Positions 48,436-61,118 of a stretch of DNA of 64,000 nt are shown here, one piece after another; the first letter of the stretch is position 1, and each line of letters opens with the position of its first letter. The notes beneath the pieces were generated by a model. That model worked only from the letters and a program-made list of their open reading frames with translations, searched no databases and was not told the origin of the DNA. The position numbers and the translations under genes were made by a program. The DNA comes from Hemiscyllium ocellatum. Taxonomy: Eukaryota. Location: contig NC_083423.1 of the NCBI RefSeq assembly GCF_020745735.1, positions 23,932,001 through 23,996,000 of the forward strand, written 5' to 3'.

Positions 48436-49979
48436 TGTTTATTGTTGTGTAATTCATCACTTTAAGCCAATGAGCAAATGATTTACTTCTAACAGAGTAG
48501 ACAGTTTGAAAACGTAACTGTACACATCACAATGAAAAGAACACACAAAGAAAGGCTCAGTAGAGGCAATAATCTACAGTAAGGATGTCGAAGTGCAGGG
48601 AAAACTGAACCATGGTTTAATAAAAAATAGGACTGGAGGTTAAATATTGCAGGCTTTCACATATTTAGAAAGAGAGACAAGGAAGAAAATGCTGTAGCCA
48701 GCTGAACTAATTAGAGATAACGTAGCATGAGAAAAAGAAATGACATAATTAATATTAACATAGAAACAGAATTCATATGGAATGGGATAAAGCACATGAA
48801 TGTCTCAATCACTCTGCAAGGGCATAGTGTGAAGGAACGATTTGCAGAAGGGGGAGAAGGGGTCAGAGAAAACTATGTAAATGAATTTGAGAAGTGAGCC
48901 AAAGGTTAGTCTGATGGATTTCATTAGCAGAGATTAAACTAAGTTGTGGAAGACGTAAGACACATTATTACCTGTCCATAAATTTTCACTAGGAAAGGGA
49001 ATTAGTACAAAAAGCGGCTATTGTTTATCTGAAAGATTAGAGAAAAGATAAAATTGATTAGATTCTTGACAGTGATTGAAAGGTAATGGAATCCTTTATC
49101 AAAGATATAACAGAGGAATATTAAGAAATTAAAACATAATACAATTAGTACGCTGTTCAAAAGGAAGGGTATTGCTCGATAAGCATAACGGAATTATTCA
49201 AAGGAGTAACACATAAAATAGGATGAGGGTAATATAATAGAGGTGATTTATTTGTATTTTCCAAAGGCTTTCAGTAAGATACCATAAAAGGAGATTCATG
49301 TTAGAACATGGGAGCCAGGAAGTGTAATGGATCACAAGCTGATAATAAACTACAAAACAAAGCAGAGATTAAAGGTCATTATTCAGATGAAAAAGTAGGA
49401 ACTGGTGCTGAGAAGAAATGGTGCTGCAAACACTGTTGTTCATGATGTACATTAATAATTTGGGTGTGAATTCAAAATACAATTACATCAAGTTGGGGGA
49501 TTCGGTCAATCCTGAGTTGAATATAATACAACAAAAATTAATATGGGGTACAATTGGCAACTGCATTTCAATATAACGATCTGCTTTTTTTTATTCGTTA
49601 ATTGGGTTTGGGATTCTAGGCTGAACTAGGCCAGCATTTCAGGGGAGGAAGTAGCAGAATGGCAATGACATTGCACTGATCACAGGCTAATGCTCTGGGT
49701 TCAAATCTCACCATGGTAGCTGATGAAATTTGAATTCAATATAACAATAGGTTAAGAAACAAGCCTAATGACAAACATGTAGCCACTTTTAAACTTGCTA
49801 AAAATCAAACTGATTTTTTAAACAGCCTTGAAGGAGGGAAATCTATCCTATCTGCCATCCTATCTGCTCTGACCTACATGTCGCTCCCAACCCACAGCAA
49901 TGTGGTTTATGCTTAACTATCCTCTGGGGAATTAAGAATGGAGAATAAATGCTAACCCAACCAATGATGCCCAGATCGT

Positions 49980-52160
49980 AGAGTCATACTGTCTACAGTA
50001 CAGAAAAAGACTCTCAGCCCAACAAATCTGCACAGTCAAATCATGATATTCTAATCCTATTTCCCATCATTTAGCCTATTGCTTGTATGTCTTGATATCG
50101 CACGTGCACATCTAAATATTCCTTAAATGTTACAAGAGTTTATGCCAGTTTAACAGGCGGTTAGTTCCAGATTCCCTCCACCATCTGGGTGAAAAACATC
50201 GTTCCCCCACGTCCTTTCTAAATCTTCTACCCTTTTCCTTAAATCCATGTCCTTTGGTCATTGATTCCTCCAACAACAGAAAAGTCTCTTCCTGTCAACC
50301 CTGTCTATGACCCTCATAACTTTATACATCTCAATCATGTTCCACCTCAGTCTCCTCTCTTCCCAGGAAAACAACCTCAACCTATCCAATCTCTCTTCAT
50401 AACCAACTCTCCAGCCCAGGTGACATCCCAGTAAATCTCCTTTACGCCCTCCAGTGCAGTCACATCTCTCCTATAATGTGGATTCCAAAACTGATTGCAA
50501 TACCCTACCTGTGATCTAACCAAAGTTTTGTACAATTCTATTATAAGCTCCTTGCTCTTAAACTCTGTGCTTCAGCTAACAAAGGCAAAGATGCCATATG
50601 TCTTCTTAAGAATTTTATCCATTTTATCCTGTCCTGTTACATTTAGGGACTGGTGGAAATGCGCACCAAGTCCCTCTGATCTACCAGTATCTTACCATTT
50701 ATCACATATTCCCTTGTCTTTGTTTGTCCTGGCCCAGGACATCACCTGGGCAATTGTTAGCATTTATCTGGATTCAATTCATTTGTCAGTAATCAGCCCA
50801 TCTGACCAGCCCCTCCTGTAATCTCAGGGTATCTTCCTCAGAATGTATCTCCCCACCAATTTTTATATCATCTGCAAACTTAATGATCAACCTTCCGACA
50901 TTTAAGTCTAACTCATTCATGCATTCCAAAAACATCGAGGGCCCTAACACTGATCCCCACGGGACTCCACTCAAAATGGGCTTCCAATCATGAAAATACT
51001 CCCCCCTTGAATTCTTGAATAACAGTACAGCATTGGCTGTCGTCCAGTCCTCTGGCATGTCTCCTTTTGGCTAGACAGAATTTGAAAACTATTTCCCCTA
51101 CCTCTGCTATTCTCTCCTTTGCTTCCTTAAAAGCCCCTTTGATACATTTAATTTGGCTCTAGATATTTAACTATTTTTAAGCCTGCCAGACCACTCAGAA
51201 CCCCTGCTTTGTCTATGGTAATTTCTTTAATTATATCACAAACTTTTTGGTTGACTTCTATACTCATATCATCCCTCTCACTCGTAAACACTGACACAAA
51301 GTATTCATTTAGAACCCTATCTATGTCTTCCAGCACCTCACACAAATTAACCCTGTGATACTGAATGGACCCAACTCTTTCCTTAGTTATCCTTTTAGCC
51401 CCAATGGATTTTTAAAATAACTTTCGTGCCCCCTTTTTGCTCTCCTAAATTCCTTTTTAAGTTCCCTCATGAACATTTTATGCTCCTCTGGGCTTCTGGG
51501 GTTTTGAGTCCTTGATATTTGCCAGTTGCCTTCTTCTTTGTCTTTATCCAATCCTGTACATCCCTTGATATCCTTTTTCTTATTGGAACATTTCCTTCTT
51601 GAATTCTTCCCATTGCTCTAAAACAGATTTACTTAACTCACTTTATTAAAATCAGCCTTTCCCCAGAGTAGAACTTTGATTTCAAGCCATCCCTGCCCTT
51701 TTCCAGAACAATCTTGTGTCTAACGGAGTTATGGTTACTGTCCACAAATTGCTCCCCTACTGATATTTCAACCACTTAGCCAGCTTTATTACCTAAAATT
51801 AAGTCCAGGACCACCTCTCTCATTTATAATCTCATACATACCTTTCACACTGTGACTACCCCAGTTAATCCGGGGAAGTTGAAATCCCCTACTGTCACTA
51901 CCCATTTTACACTTCTCTGAAATTTGCCGACACACCTGCTCTTCCATTCCTCTCTGGCTGTTTGGAGGCCTGTAGCATATTTCCAGCAACATGATTATTC
52001 CTTTAAGAAACTAAGACCTATAAATCGAGAGGCGGGACATACCACCAGCACTTCACCGGAGACACTCACTGATGATGTTTCCTAATCATGGTGACGAAAC
52101 ATCTGAAAACAAACCTTCCAATCAGTGAGCTAACTTATACACGTGATTATTCCTTTTTGA
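49980..52160 (-). mobile_element. Decayed CR1-type LINE
   Basis: GVPWGSVLGP, KFADD, CYRPPN remnants on -. Confidence 0.75.
52005..52140 (+). mobile_element. Solo Poseidon-type terminal repeat with decayed hammerhead (52069-52103)
   Basis: tca-CTGATGA-T-GTTTCC...GGTGAC-GAAAC-ATC-tga; 16 bp TSD AC(A/G)TGATTATTCCTTT at 51989-52004 and 52141-52156. Confidence 0.75.
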
Positions 52161-52416
52161 TTTTTCCTATGAATAAATATTAAACAAATAGTTGTTACCC
52201 ATCCATCGTTGCCTTTGTGAATGTGAGAGTGATCTACCTCTTACTGCTGCAATCCTCCTGATATCACTCAACAATTCCCAAACTTTTCTGTATCAAAGCA
52301 CACTCCAGTGAGACAAATTATTCCATGGTGCATCCATTGTTTCCAGCTGAATTGATTTGAATCTCCATATGTGCACTGTATTGGAAGTCTACAAACAGAG
52401 GGCTCCAGAGGCTTGT

Positions 52417-54752
52417 AGGAGAAAGTGAGGAGATCAGAGCTGAAAAATATGTTACTGGAAAAGCACAGCAGGTCAGGCAGCATCCAAGGAGCTGGAGAAT
52501 CGATGTTCGGGCATAAACCCTTCTTCAGGAATGAGGAAGGTGTGCCAAGCCCTCGATCTCTTCATAGCCAACTGCCGCCGCGACATTGACTGCCTCGACC
52601 TGTCCACCCCTCTCACCCACACCAACCTCTCACCCTCACAATGTGCAGCCCTCCACTCCCTTCGCTCCAACCCCAACCTCACTATCAAATCAGCAGACAA
52701 GGGAGGCGCAGTGGTAGTTTACATAGCTGAGGCTAAATGCCAGCTTGCAGACACCTCCTCCTACTGCCCCCTTGACCATGACCCACCTCCCACCACCAAA
52801 CCATCATCTCCCAGACCATCCATAACCTCATCACCTCAGGAGATCTCCCATCCACTGCCTCCAACCTCATAGTCCCACAACCCCGCACCGCCCGTTTCTA
52901 CCTCCTGCCCAAAATCCACAAACCTGACTGTCCCGGCCGATCCATTGTCTCAGCCCGCTCCTGCCCCACCAACTCATCTCTGCATACCTCGACACGGTCC
53001 TGTCCCCCTTAGTCCATGAACTCCCCACCTACGTTCTGGACACCACCCATGCCCTCCACCTCCTCCATGATTTTCGCTTCCCCGGTCCCCAATGCCTTAT
53101 TTTCACCATGGACATCCAGTCCCTATATACTTCCATCCCCCATCACAAAGGCCTCAAAGCCCTCCGCTTCTTCCTTTCCCGCCGACCCAACCAGTATCCT
53201 TCCACTGACACCCTACTTCGACTGACTGAACTGGTCCTCACTCTGAACAACTTCTCTTTTCAATCCTCCCACTTCCTCCAAACCAAAGGAGTAGTCATGG
53301 GCACCCGCATGGGCCCCAGCTATGCCTGCCTCTTCGTAGGATATGTGGAGCAGTCCATCTTCCACAGCAACACTGGCACCACCCCCCACCTTTTCCTCCG
53401 CTACATCAATGATTGTATCGGCGCTACCTCATGCTCCCATGAGGAGGTTGAACAGTTCATCCACTTTACTAACACCTTCCACCCTGACCTCAAATTTACC
53501 TGGACCATCTCAGACTCCTCCCTCCCCTTCCTAGACCTCTCCATTTCTATCTCGGGCGACAGACTCAACACGGACATTTACTATAAACGGACCGACTCCC
53601 ACAGCTACCTAGATTACACCTCCTCCCACCCTGCCCCGTGTAAAAACGCCATCCCATATTCCCAATTCCTTCGCCTCTGCCGCATCTGCTCCCAGGAGGA
53701 CCAATTCCCATACCGAACAACCCAGATGGCCTCCTTCTTCAAAGACCGCAATTTCCCCTCAGACGTGATCGACGATGCTCTCCACCGCATCTCCTCCACA
53801 TCCCGCTCCTCTGCCCTTGAGCCCCGCCCCTCCAATCGCCACCAGGACAGAACCCCACTGGTCCTCACCTATCACCCCACCAACCTCCAGATACATCGTA
53901 TCATCCTCCGTCATTTCCGCCACCTCCAGACAGACCTCACCACCAGGGATATATTTCCCTCCCCTCCCCTATCAGCGTTCCGGAAAGACCACTCCCTCCG
54001 CAATTCCCTCGTCAGGTCCACACTCCCCACCAACCCAATCTCCACTCCCGGCACCTTCCCCTGCAACCGCAAGAAATGCAAAACTTGCACCCACACCTCC
54101 CCCCTCACCTCCCTCCAAGGCCCCAAGGGATCCTTCCATATCCATCACAAATTCACCTGCACCTCCACACATATCATTAACTGCATCCGCTGCACCCGAT
54201 GTGGCCTCCTCTACATTGGGGAGACAGGCCGCCTACTTGCTGAATGTTTCAGAGAACATCTCTGGGACACCCGCACCAATCAACCCAACCACCCCGTGGC
54301 TGAACACTTTAACTCCCCCTCCCACTCCGTCAAGGTCATGCAGGTCCTTGGACTCCTCCATCGCCAGACCATAGCAACACGACGCTTCGAGGAAGAGCGC
54401 CTCGTCTTCCACCTAGTAACCTTCCAACCACAAGGGATGAATGCAGATTTCTCCAGGTTCCTCATTTCCCCTCCCCCCACCTTATCTCAGATTCAGCACC
54501 GCCTTCTTGACCTGTAATCTTCTTCCCGCCCTCTCCACCCCCACCCCCATTCTGGCCTATCACCCTCCCCTTAACCTCCTTCCACCTATCACATTCCCAA
54601 CCCCCTCCCCCCAGTCTCTCCTCCCTACCTTTTGCCTTAGCCTGCTAGGCACACCCTCCTCATTCCAGAAGAAGGGCTTATGCCCGAAACGTCGATTCTC
54701 CTGCTCCTTGGATGCTACCTGACGCTGCGCTTTTCCAGCAACACATTTTTCA
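52417..54752 (+). mobile_element. Neptune-type Penelope-like retrotransposon, 5'-truncated, with inverted tail at the left end
   Basis: IKSADKGGAVV, DIQSLYTSI, KGVVMGTRMGPSYA, Cys-rich linker CNRKKCKTC and GIY-YIG; decayed hammerheads at 52502-52528 (-) and 54666-54693 (+); 15 bp TSD GCTCCAGAGGCTTGT at 52402-52416 and 54753-54767. Confidence 0.92.
53108..54517 (+). pseudogene. Neptune RT/GIY-YIG ORF, catalytically dead
   Basis: RT motif reads YIND instead of YIDD; GIY tyrosine replaced (IINCIRC); frameshifts upstream. Confidence 0.85.
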
Positions 54753-54929
54753 GCTCCAGAGGCTTGTGCAGAGACAGTCAATAGGAATGCCTCTTGTCAG
54801 CAGATACTGTCTTCAATAATAAATACCAAAAGGACAGCCTTGACATTCCAGTAAAGCACTGCCTTTCTTGAAAATGTCACAGCACTCTTCTCAGCTTGTC
54901 ATGGCACACTGGATGTGAACCACTTGTTA

Positions 54930-56270
54930 GGTACACCCACTAGCGGGAGCGAGTTCAAGGATTTGACTCAGCTACAGGACAAAAGCAGCAACTTAATTCT
55001 GAGTCAGGATGATGAGTGGCTTGGTTGGCAGGTAGCTGTGTTCCCGTGGATATGTTGGCCTTGTTCTTCTAGGTTTGGAGAAACTGCTATCTAAGGAGCC
55101 TTGCTGCACTGCATCATGTAGATGGTACACAATGCTGCCACTGTGTGTTGGAGTGGAAGGGATGCCAATCAAGTGGATTTTGTTGAGCTTTTTGAGTGCT
55201 ATTGGAGCTATACATATCCAGGCAATTGGAGAATATTGTATCTTGCTTCTGCCCTGTGCCTCCTGGTGGATCACCTTTAAGGAGCAAGAGGTGAGTAAGC
55301 TGTTGCAGAATTCCCAGCCTTTACCCTGCTTTTGTAACCACATATAATTATATGGCTGGTCCGGTTCAGTTTCTAGTCAATAGTAACCCCAGAATGTTGA
55401 CAGTGGGAGGTTCAGTGATGAAAACTGCCTGCGTGCCTGACTCTGCATGAATCTACTAAGTGATATCTCATTTGGAGGTCTTTGGAAAATCCAAAAATAT
55501 TATCTTCACCACATTGCCTTTGATGTGTGAGATGGTGCATTTTGATAGGAAAGTAAGGATGTCACCAATATAAGAGTCTTAACTGGAGTACTGGAGGAAA
55601 GGAATCTGGTAAGCAGATATAATAGACTAAATGTTCAGGGACTGTGATAATTTATCTTCAACAACCAACCCGCCTTCCTTTGTGCTAGGTATGCCTCTAA
55701 CCAGTGGAGAAATTTGCTCCAGATTCCCATTGATTTCAGTTTTACTAGGGCTCCTTGATGCCACTGTCTGTTTTGTCTATTCTTAATCGAAGACTATAAT
55801 GAGACCATGATCCAAATCCCTGGTACAACCCAAATTGAGCACAAATGAACAGGTTATTGCTGTGTCACCACTGTTTGATTGTATTGCCGATGGTCCCTAC
55901 CAAATCTTTGCTGATGATTGAGAGTAGACTAATAATGAGAAACTAGCCAGACGAGATTGTTCTTTCTTTTTGTCAACAGGACCTACCTGAGCAATTTTCC
56001 ACATTTCCATTCAGGGGCCAATGTTGTCGCTGGACTGAAACAGCGTGACTAGGTGCATGGCTAGTTCTGGAGCATACATCTTCACTACTACTGCCAGAAT
56101 GGTGGTATGACACAGAGGCTTCCCAGTATTCCATGCCTTCACCAACTGTTTTATCAAATTGTTTGAAGACCAGTACCTGTGATATTCTGACCTCAGCAAA
56201 CAGCTAGTGTGGATTATCCGTTCAGCACTTCTGGCTAAAGATGGCTGCAAACGCTTCAGTCACATCTGAG
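54930..56270 (-). mobile_element. Decayed LINE fragments
   Basis: GPDNI, APELA, YSPIAW remnants; related to 62575-64000. Confidence 0.55.
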
Positions 56271-56307
56271 TTCTAGAGTCATTGAGTTCTGGTGTCCATG
56301 CTGATAA

Positions 56308-56619
56308 ATAGATTAGAATACGTACAGTGTGGAAACAGGCCCTTCGGCGCAACAGGTCCACACTGATCCGCTGAAGCGCAACCCACCCATACCCCTACAT
56401 TTACCCCTACATTTACACTACGGGCAATTTAGCATTACCAATTCACCTGACCCGCACATCTTTGGACTGTGGGAGGAAACCGGAGCACCCGGAGGAAACC
56501 CACACAGACACGGGGAGAACGTGCAAACTCCACACAGTCAGTCGCCTAAGGCGGGAAATGAACCCGGGTCTCAGGTGCTGTGAGGCAGCAGTGCTAACCA
56601 CTGTGCCACCGTGCCGCCC
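56308..56619 (-). mobile_element. HE1/V-type SINE
   Basis: Full head, V-domain and tail. Confidence 0.9.
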
Positions 56620-58769
56620 ACATAGGAAAGAAAGGCACTGGAGAAGTTGCAGAAAAGAAACACAAGGACAGTCCCAGAAATGGGAGGTTATAACAAACTA
56701 GAAAGGCTGTACAAAGTGGGTTGTATTCTCTAGAAAGATGAAGACTGATGGGTGACCTAAAAAGAGCTTTGTAAAACTTGATCGTGCATGTTATGAAGAT
56801 ATTTCCTCATGTGGGTAACTCTAAACTTAGTGGCCATCAATATAGGATGGTTGTTAATAAATCTAAATGGACAATCATGAGAAATGATACTATCCAGAGT
56901 GTCATTAGATGGTGAAAATCACTACTGCAGTGAATAATTTGAGTCAGCCAGCAAAGATGAGTTTGAAGGAATGCTAAGCAAAAGCATGAGAGTGAAACGA
57001 ATTGAAGGAGATGTTAATGGAGTTAGATTAAGTGGGTTGAGAGGAGGTTTATGTGAAGCCCTAATTAGGATTAGGCACTAACTAGTTGAACCAAATAGCT
57101 TGTTTTTGTGCTGTAAATTTTATGTAACTATGGAACTCCCCACTATCTCACCAAACGCTCCCAGGGAATTTGCAACACAGATTAGATTCAGAATAAAGTT
57201 CCTTCTCCATGATTTTATCAAACACTCTCAGACTGCTGCGGCATATGTTAGACACAAAAATCTCCCTCTGCACTGTCAGAAATGTAAAGAAAATGAACAA
57301 GACAGACGGATAAATCGAGAGATGGAAAGTCCCAAAAGTTTCTATTTAGAACATGGAGTTTTTGTGTTTAAAGTTTGTGGGGTCAAATTCCTGTTTTAAC
57401 TTACGGTTTTGTGGAAGTTGGTTAAAAGCTGCTGCATGACTGTAAGGCACTCAAGGTTCAGTAAATTTTAGAAATGTCAATAGTTGAATGTTTCCCAAAT
57501 CCTTTACTCTATTAACTGGGATTTTACCAGCTGGAGCCTGTTACAGCAGCTCTGAAAGGAAGAGACTTGGATCAGTCTAACATCAAGTTACCTGTGTCAG
57601 CAACTTGTTACCCAATACAAATTGGAAAATATTTTGCTTCTGATAGGTCCGTCTTCTTCACAAACAACGTTTAACTAATATCCTGAGACAGTCAATGACC
57701 CATGCAATAAGTCCAACAACGATCACACATGCCCTAACTCTCTATCACATGCCCCAGGAACAAAACAACTCATGAATGCTCTCACCTTCCAAGCATTGCA
57801 TTAATATTGAAGTGAATTAACTCAAGGAAATTTGGCAGCTATCTTCAGTTGAAAAGAATCTGGTTACATTTGCACCAAATCTGAACCATTAAAAGTGGAG
57901 CTGCAATAGCACATAGAAACCAGCTTGTACCAACAATCACAAAAACCTGCTCTGATGTTGTACTATTAACACAGGACCCTATCTCCAGGTTCCTCACAGC
58001 TGAATTGGGAAATCATTGAGTCACATGAAATAGTGGGAAAGTTGACCAAATGTTTGGTCAAAGAGGCCAATTTTAAAGGAGAAAGTGAGGTCTGCAGATG
58101 CTGGAGATCATAGCTGAAAATGTGTTGCTGGAAAAGCGCAGCAGGTCAGGCAGCATCCAAGGAACAGGAAATTCGACGTTTTGGGCATAAGCCCTTCATC
58201 AGGAATGAGGAAAGTGTGTCCACCAGGCTAAGATAAAAGGTAGGGAGGAGGGACTTGGGGGAGGGGCGATGGAGATGTGATAGGTGGAAGGAGGTCAAGG
58301 TGAGGGTGATAGGCTGGAGTGGGGTGGGGGCGGAGAGGTCAGGAAGAAGATTGCAGGTTAGGAGGGCGGTGCTGATTTCGAGAGATTTGACTGAGACAAG
58401 GTGGGGAGAGGGGAAATGAGGAAACTGGAGAAATCTGAATTCTTCCCTTGTGGTTGGAGGGTTCCCAGGCGGAGGATGAGGCGCTCTTCCTCCAACCGTC
58501 ATGCTGTTACGGTCTGGCGATGGAGGAGTCCAAGGACCTGCATGTCCTTGGTGGAGTGGGAGAGGGAGTTAAAGTGTTGAGCCACAGAGTGGTTGGGTTG
58601 GTTGGTCCGGGTGTACCAGAGGTGTTCTCTGAAACATTCCACAAGTAGGCGGCCTGTCTCCCCAATATAGAGGAGGCCACATCAGGTGCAGCGGATGCAA
58701 TAGATGATGTGTGTGGAGGTGCAGGTGAATTTGTGGCGGATATGGAAGGATCCCTTGGGGCCTTTTTTT

Positions 58770-59092
58770 TTAGATTAGATTAGATTACTTACAGTGTGGA
58801 AACAGGCCCTTTGGCCCAACACGTCCACACCGACCCGCCGAAGCGCAATCCACCCATACGCCTACCTCTACATTTACCCCTTACCTAACACTACGGGCAA
58901 TTTAGCATGGCCAATTCACCTGAGCCGCATACCTTTGGACTGTGGGAGGAAACCGGAGCACCCGGAGGAAACCCACGCAGACACGGGGAGAACGTGCAAA
59001 CTCCACACAGTCAGACGCCTGAGGCAGGAATTGAACCCGGGCCTCTGGCGCTGTGAGGCAGCAGTGCTAACCACTGTGCCATTGTGCCACCC
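58770..59092 (-). mobile_element. HE1/V-type SINE
   Basis: Head, V-domain, (AATCT)n tail. Confidence 0.9.
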
Positions 59093-59571
59093 ACAATTTT
59101 AAAAGTAAGAGAGGAGGTGTGGGCGCAAGTTTTGCCTCCCTTCCCCTATCAGCGTTCCGAAAAGACCACTCCCTCCGTGACTCCCTCGTCAGGTTCACAC
59201 CCCCCACCAACCCAACCTCCACTCCCGGCACATTCCCCTGCAAAAAGAAATGCAAAACTTGCGCCCACACCTCCTCCCTTACTTCCCGGAGCGCCTCATC
59301 TTCCGCCTGGGAACCCTCCAACCACAAGGGATGAACTCAGATTTCTCCAGTTTCCTCATTTCCCCTCCCCCCACCTTGTCTCAGTCGAATCCCTCGAACT
59401 CAGCACCGCCCTCCTAACCCACAATCTTTTTTCTGAATTCTCCGCCCCCACCCACTCCGGCCTATCACCATCACATTGACCTCCTTCCACCTATCACATC
59501 TCCCTCGCCCCTCCCCCAAGTCCCTCCTCCCTACCTTTTATCTTAGCCTGCTGGACACACTTTCCTCATTC

Positions 59572-59599
59572 CTGAAGAAGGGCTTATGCCCGAAACGTC
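59572..59599 (+). ncRNA. Minimal hammerhead ribozyme, intact (Neptune family)
   Basis: attc-CTGAAGA-A-GGGCttatGCCC-GAAAC-GTC-gaat; 4 bp stem I and 4 bp stem II. Confidence 0.87.
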
Positions 59600-60984
59600 G
59601 AATTTCCTGTTCCTTGGATGCTGCCTGACCTGCTGCGCTTTTCCAGCAACACATTTTCAGGTAAATTTTAAAGACTGTCTTACAGGAGGAGAGAAAGGCG
59701 CAGAGATTTAGATAGGGATCTCCAAAGCTTAAGGTCTAGGGAGCTGAAAGCACGACTGCCAATTCTGGAGCAATTAAAACAAGATGAGCCAGTGGCCAGA
59801 ACTGAAGGCGAGCTCTTGTTAAGTTGTTGTGATATACAAGGTTACCAACAGAGGAAGCAATATAGCCATGGAGTGATTTGAAAATAAGAATAAGAATATT
59901 AAAGTCAGGTATTGCAAAACTATGACCCAATGTAGGTCAGCAAAATCGGAGTGAATAGTGTTTGATACGATTTAGATTATGGGAAACGAAGATTTAAATA
60001 AGCTCAAGCTTGTGGAAGGTGAAAAATGAGAATGGAATGCCCAGGGGTGAGTGGAGATAAGTAATCCTAGAAGCTATCAGTAGCAATGAACTGGGTTTGG
60101 GCAGAGAAAAAATAAGTTTTGGATAAGAAAATACCAAAAGCTTAGGGTCAAATACAACAGCAATGGAGCAAATGGTTTAGTTCAGCTAGACATTTTCTTG
60201 CAGAGCAGTGGAATCAGTGACTATGAAATGGAGCTTGTGATAGGGACCAAAGGCAACGCCTTTGGGTTATTTCAATAACTTGTTGACATAACTCTCTGCA
60301 CATCAATGTTGGATGTCAGGCAAACACACTGTCTTATCATTTCAAGGCATTGGAGAGGCAGCATGAGGAGAGGTGCTAGGTTAAATCGCGACAGAACTCC
60401 AGAAGTCATAGTGCAGGATCAGGAAGACAAGAATGGAACTATGTGAATACAGGGCCGTGCAGCTGGAAGACAGAGGATCAGGAGGATGTGGCCAACCAGG
60501 TAAAATGCTGCAACAGGTCAGGAGCAATGTGAGAGGTTAGTTAACCACTAGATATACTTTGTGATGTTTTACATGTACAAAAGCATGTGTACATATGCTC
60601 CCACACAGTTATACATACTAGCTTAGACATGCATAGGAATGCTCATACGAATGTTTAAAAATACTTATGTGCAAGATGTACTGTTCTAGACTTCACCTGG
60701 AATTCTTAGAACTTCCCAGTTTCAGATTCCACTCTCTGGGTCTGACCATGGCATGTTCTAGAATACCAAAGTATCCCAGCAGAAACCTTCCGGGTAAAGC
60801 TTTTCTATTAAACCTAAAAATATAAACCTTACTATCACAAAACCCTTCACAAAATTCCCTGTCATAGACACAGCTTGTCACAACAGATTGCTCTAGACCT
60901 GCACTGTCCCAATAAACTATGAGAGTTTCAGCTCATTTACAATAGACTCCATCACAGAACCAAAACCAGACATTGCTATGTCCA

Positions 60985-61118
60985 CAAGAAGGGTCACTGA
61001 ACCTGAAACATTCATCCTGCTTTCTCTCCACAGATGCTGCCAGACCTGTTGAATTTTTCCAGCCATTTCTGTTTTTGCTTCTGATTTCCAGCATCCTTGG
61101 TTCTTTGTTTCTTTTTGT
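60985..61118 (+). mobile_element. Decayed PLE tail with eroded hammerhead
   Basis: AAGA-A-GGGTCactgAACCT-GAAAC-ATT then ctctccacagatgctgccagacctg tail. Confidence 0.6.

Larger units (their letters stand above)
58079..59660. mobile_element. Two-tailed inverted Neptune-type PLE with nested SINE
   Basis: Minus arm 58079 to about 59135; plus arm about 59136-59660 (internally deleted); TSD AATTTTAAAG at 58069-58078 and 59664-59673; left hammerhead 58175-58202 has G12A. Confidence 0.85.

Noticed and set aside
57786-57900. Exon-like segment on - (gcag|...gaag|gtgaga) as an upstream MIOX exon
   Set aside because: Stops occur in all three frames and nothing links it to MIOX; it could be UTR but is unsupported.
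36528-59102. Recurrent ORFs beginning MWKQAL... or ending ...SCSLDAA
   Set aside because: They are chance frames in SINE and PLE-tail copies, with no splice or homology support.
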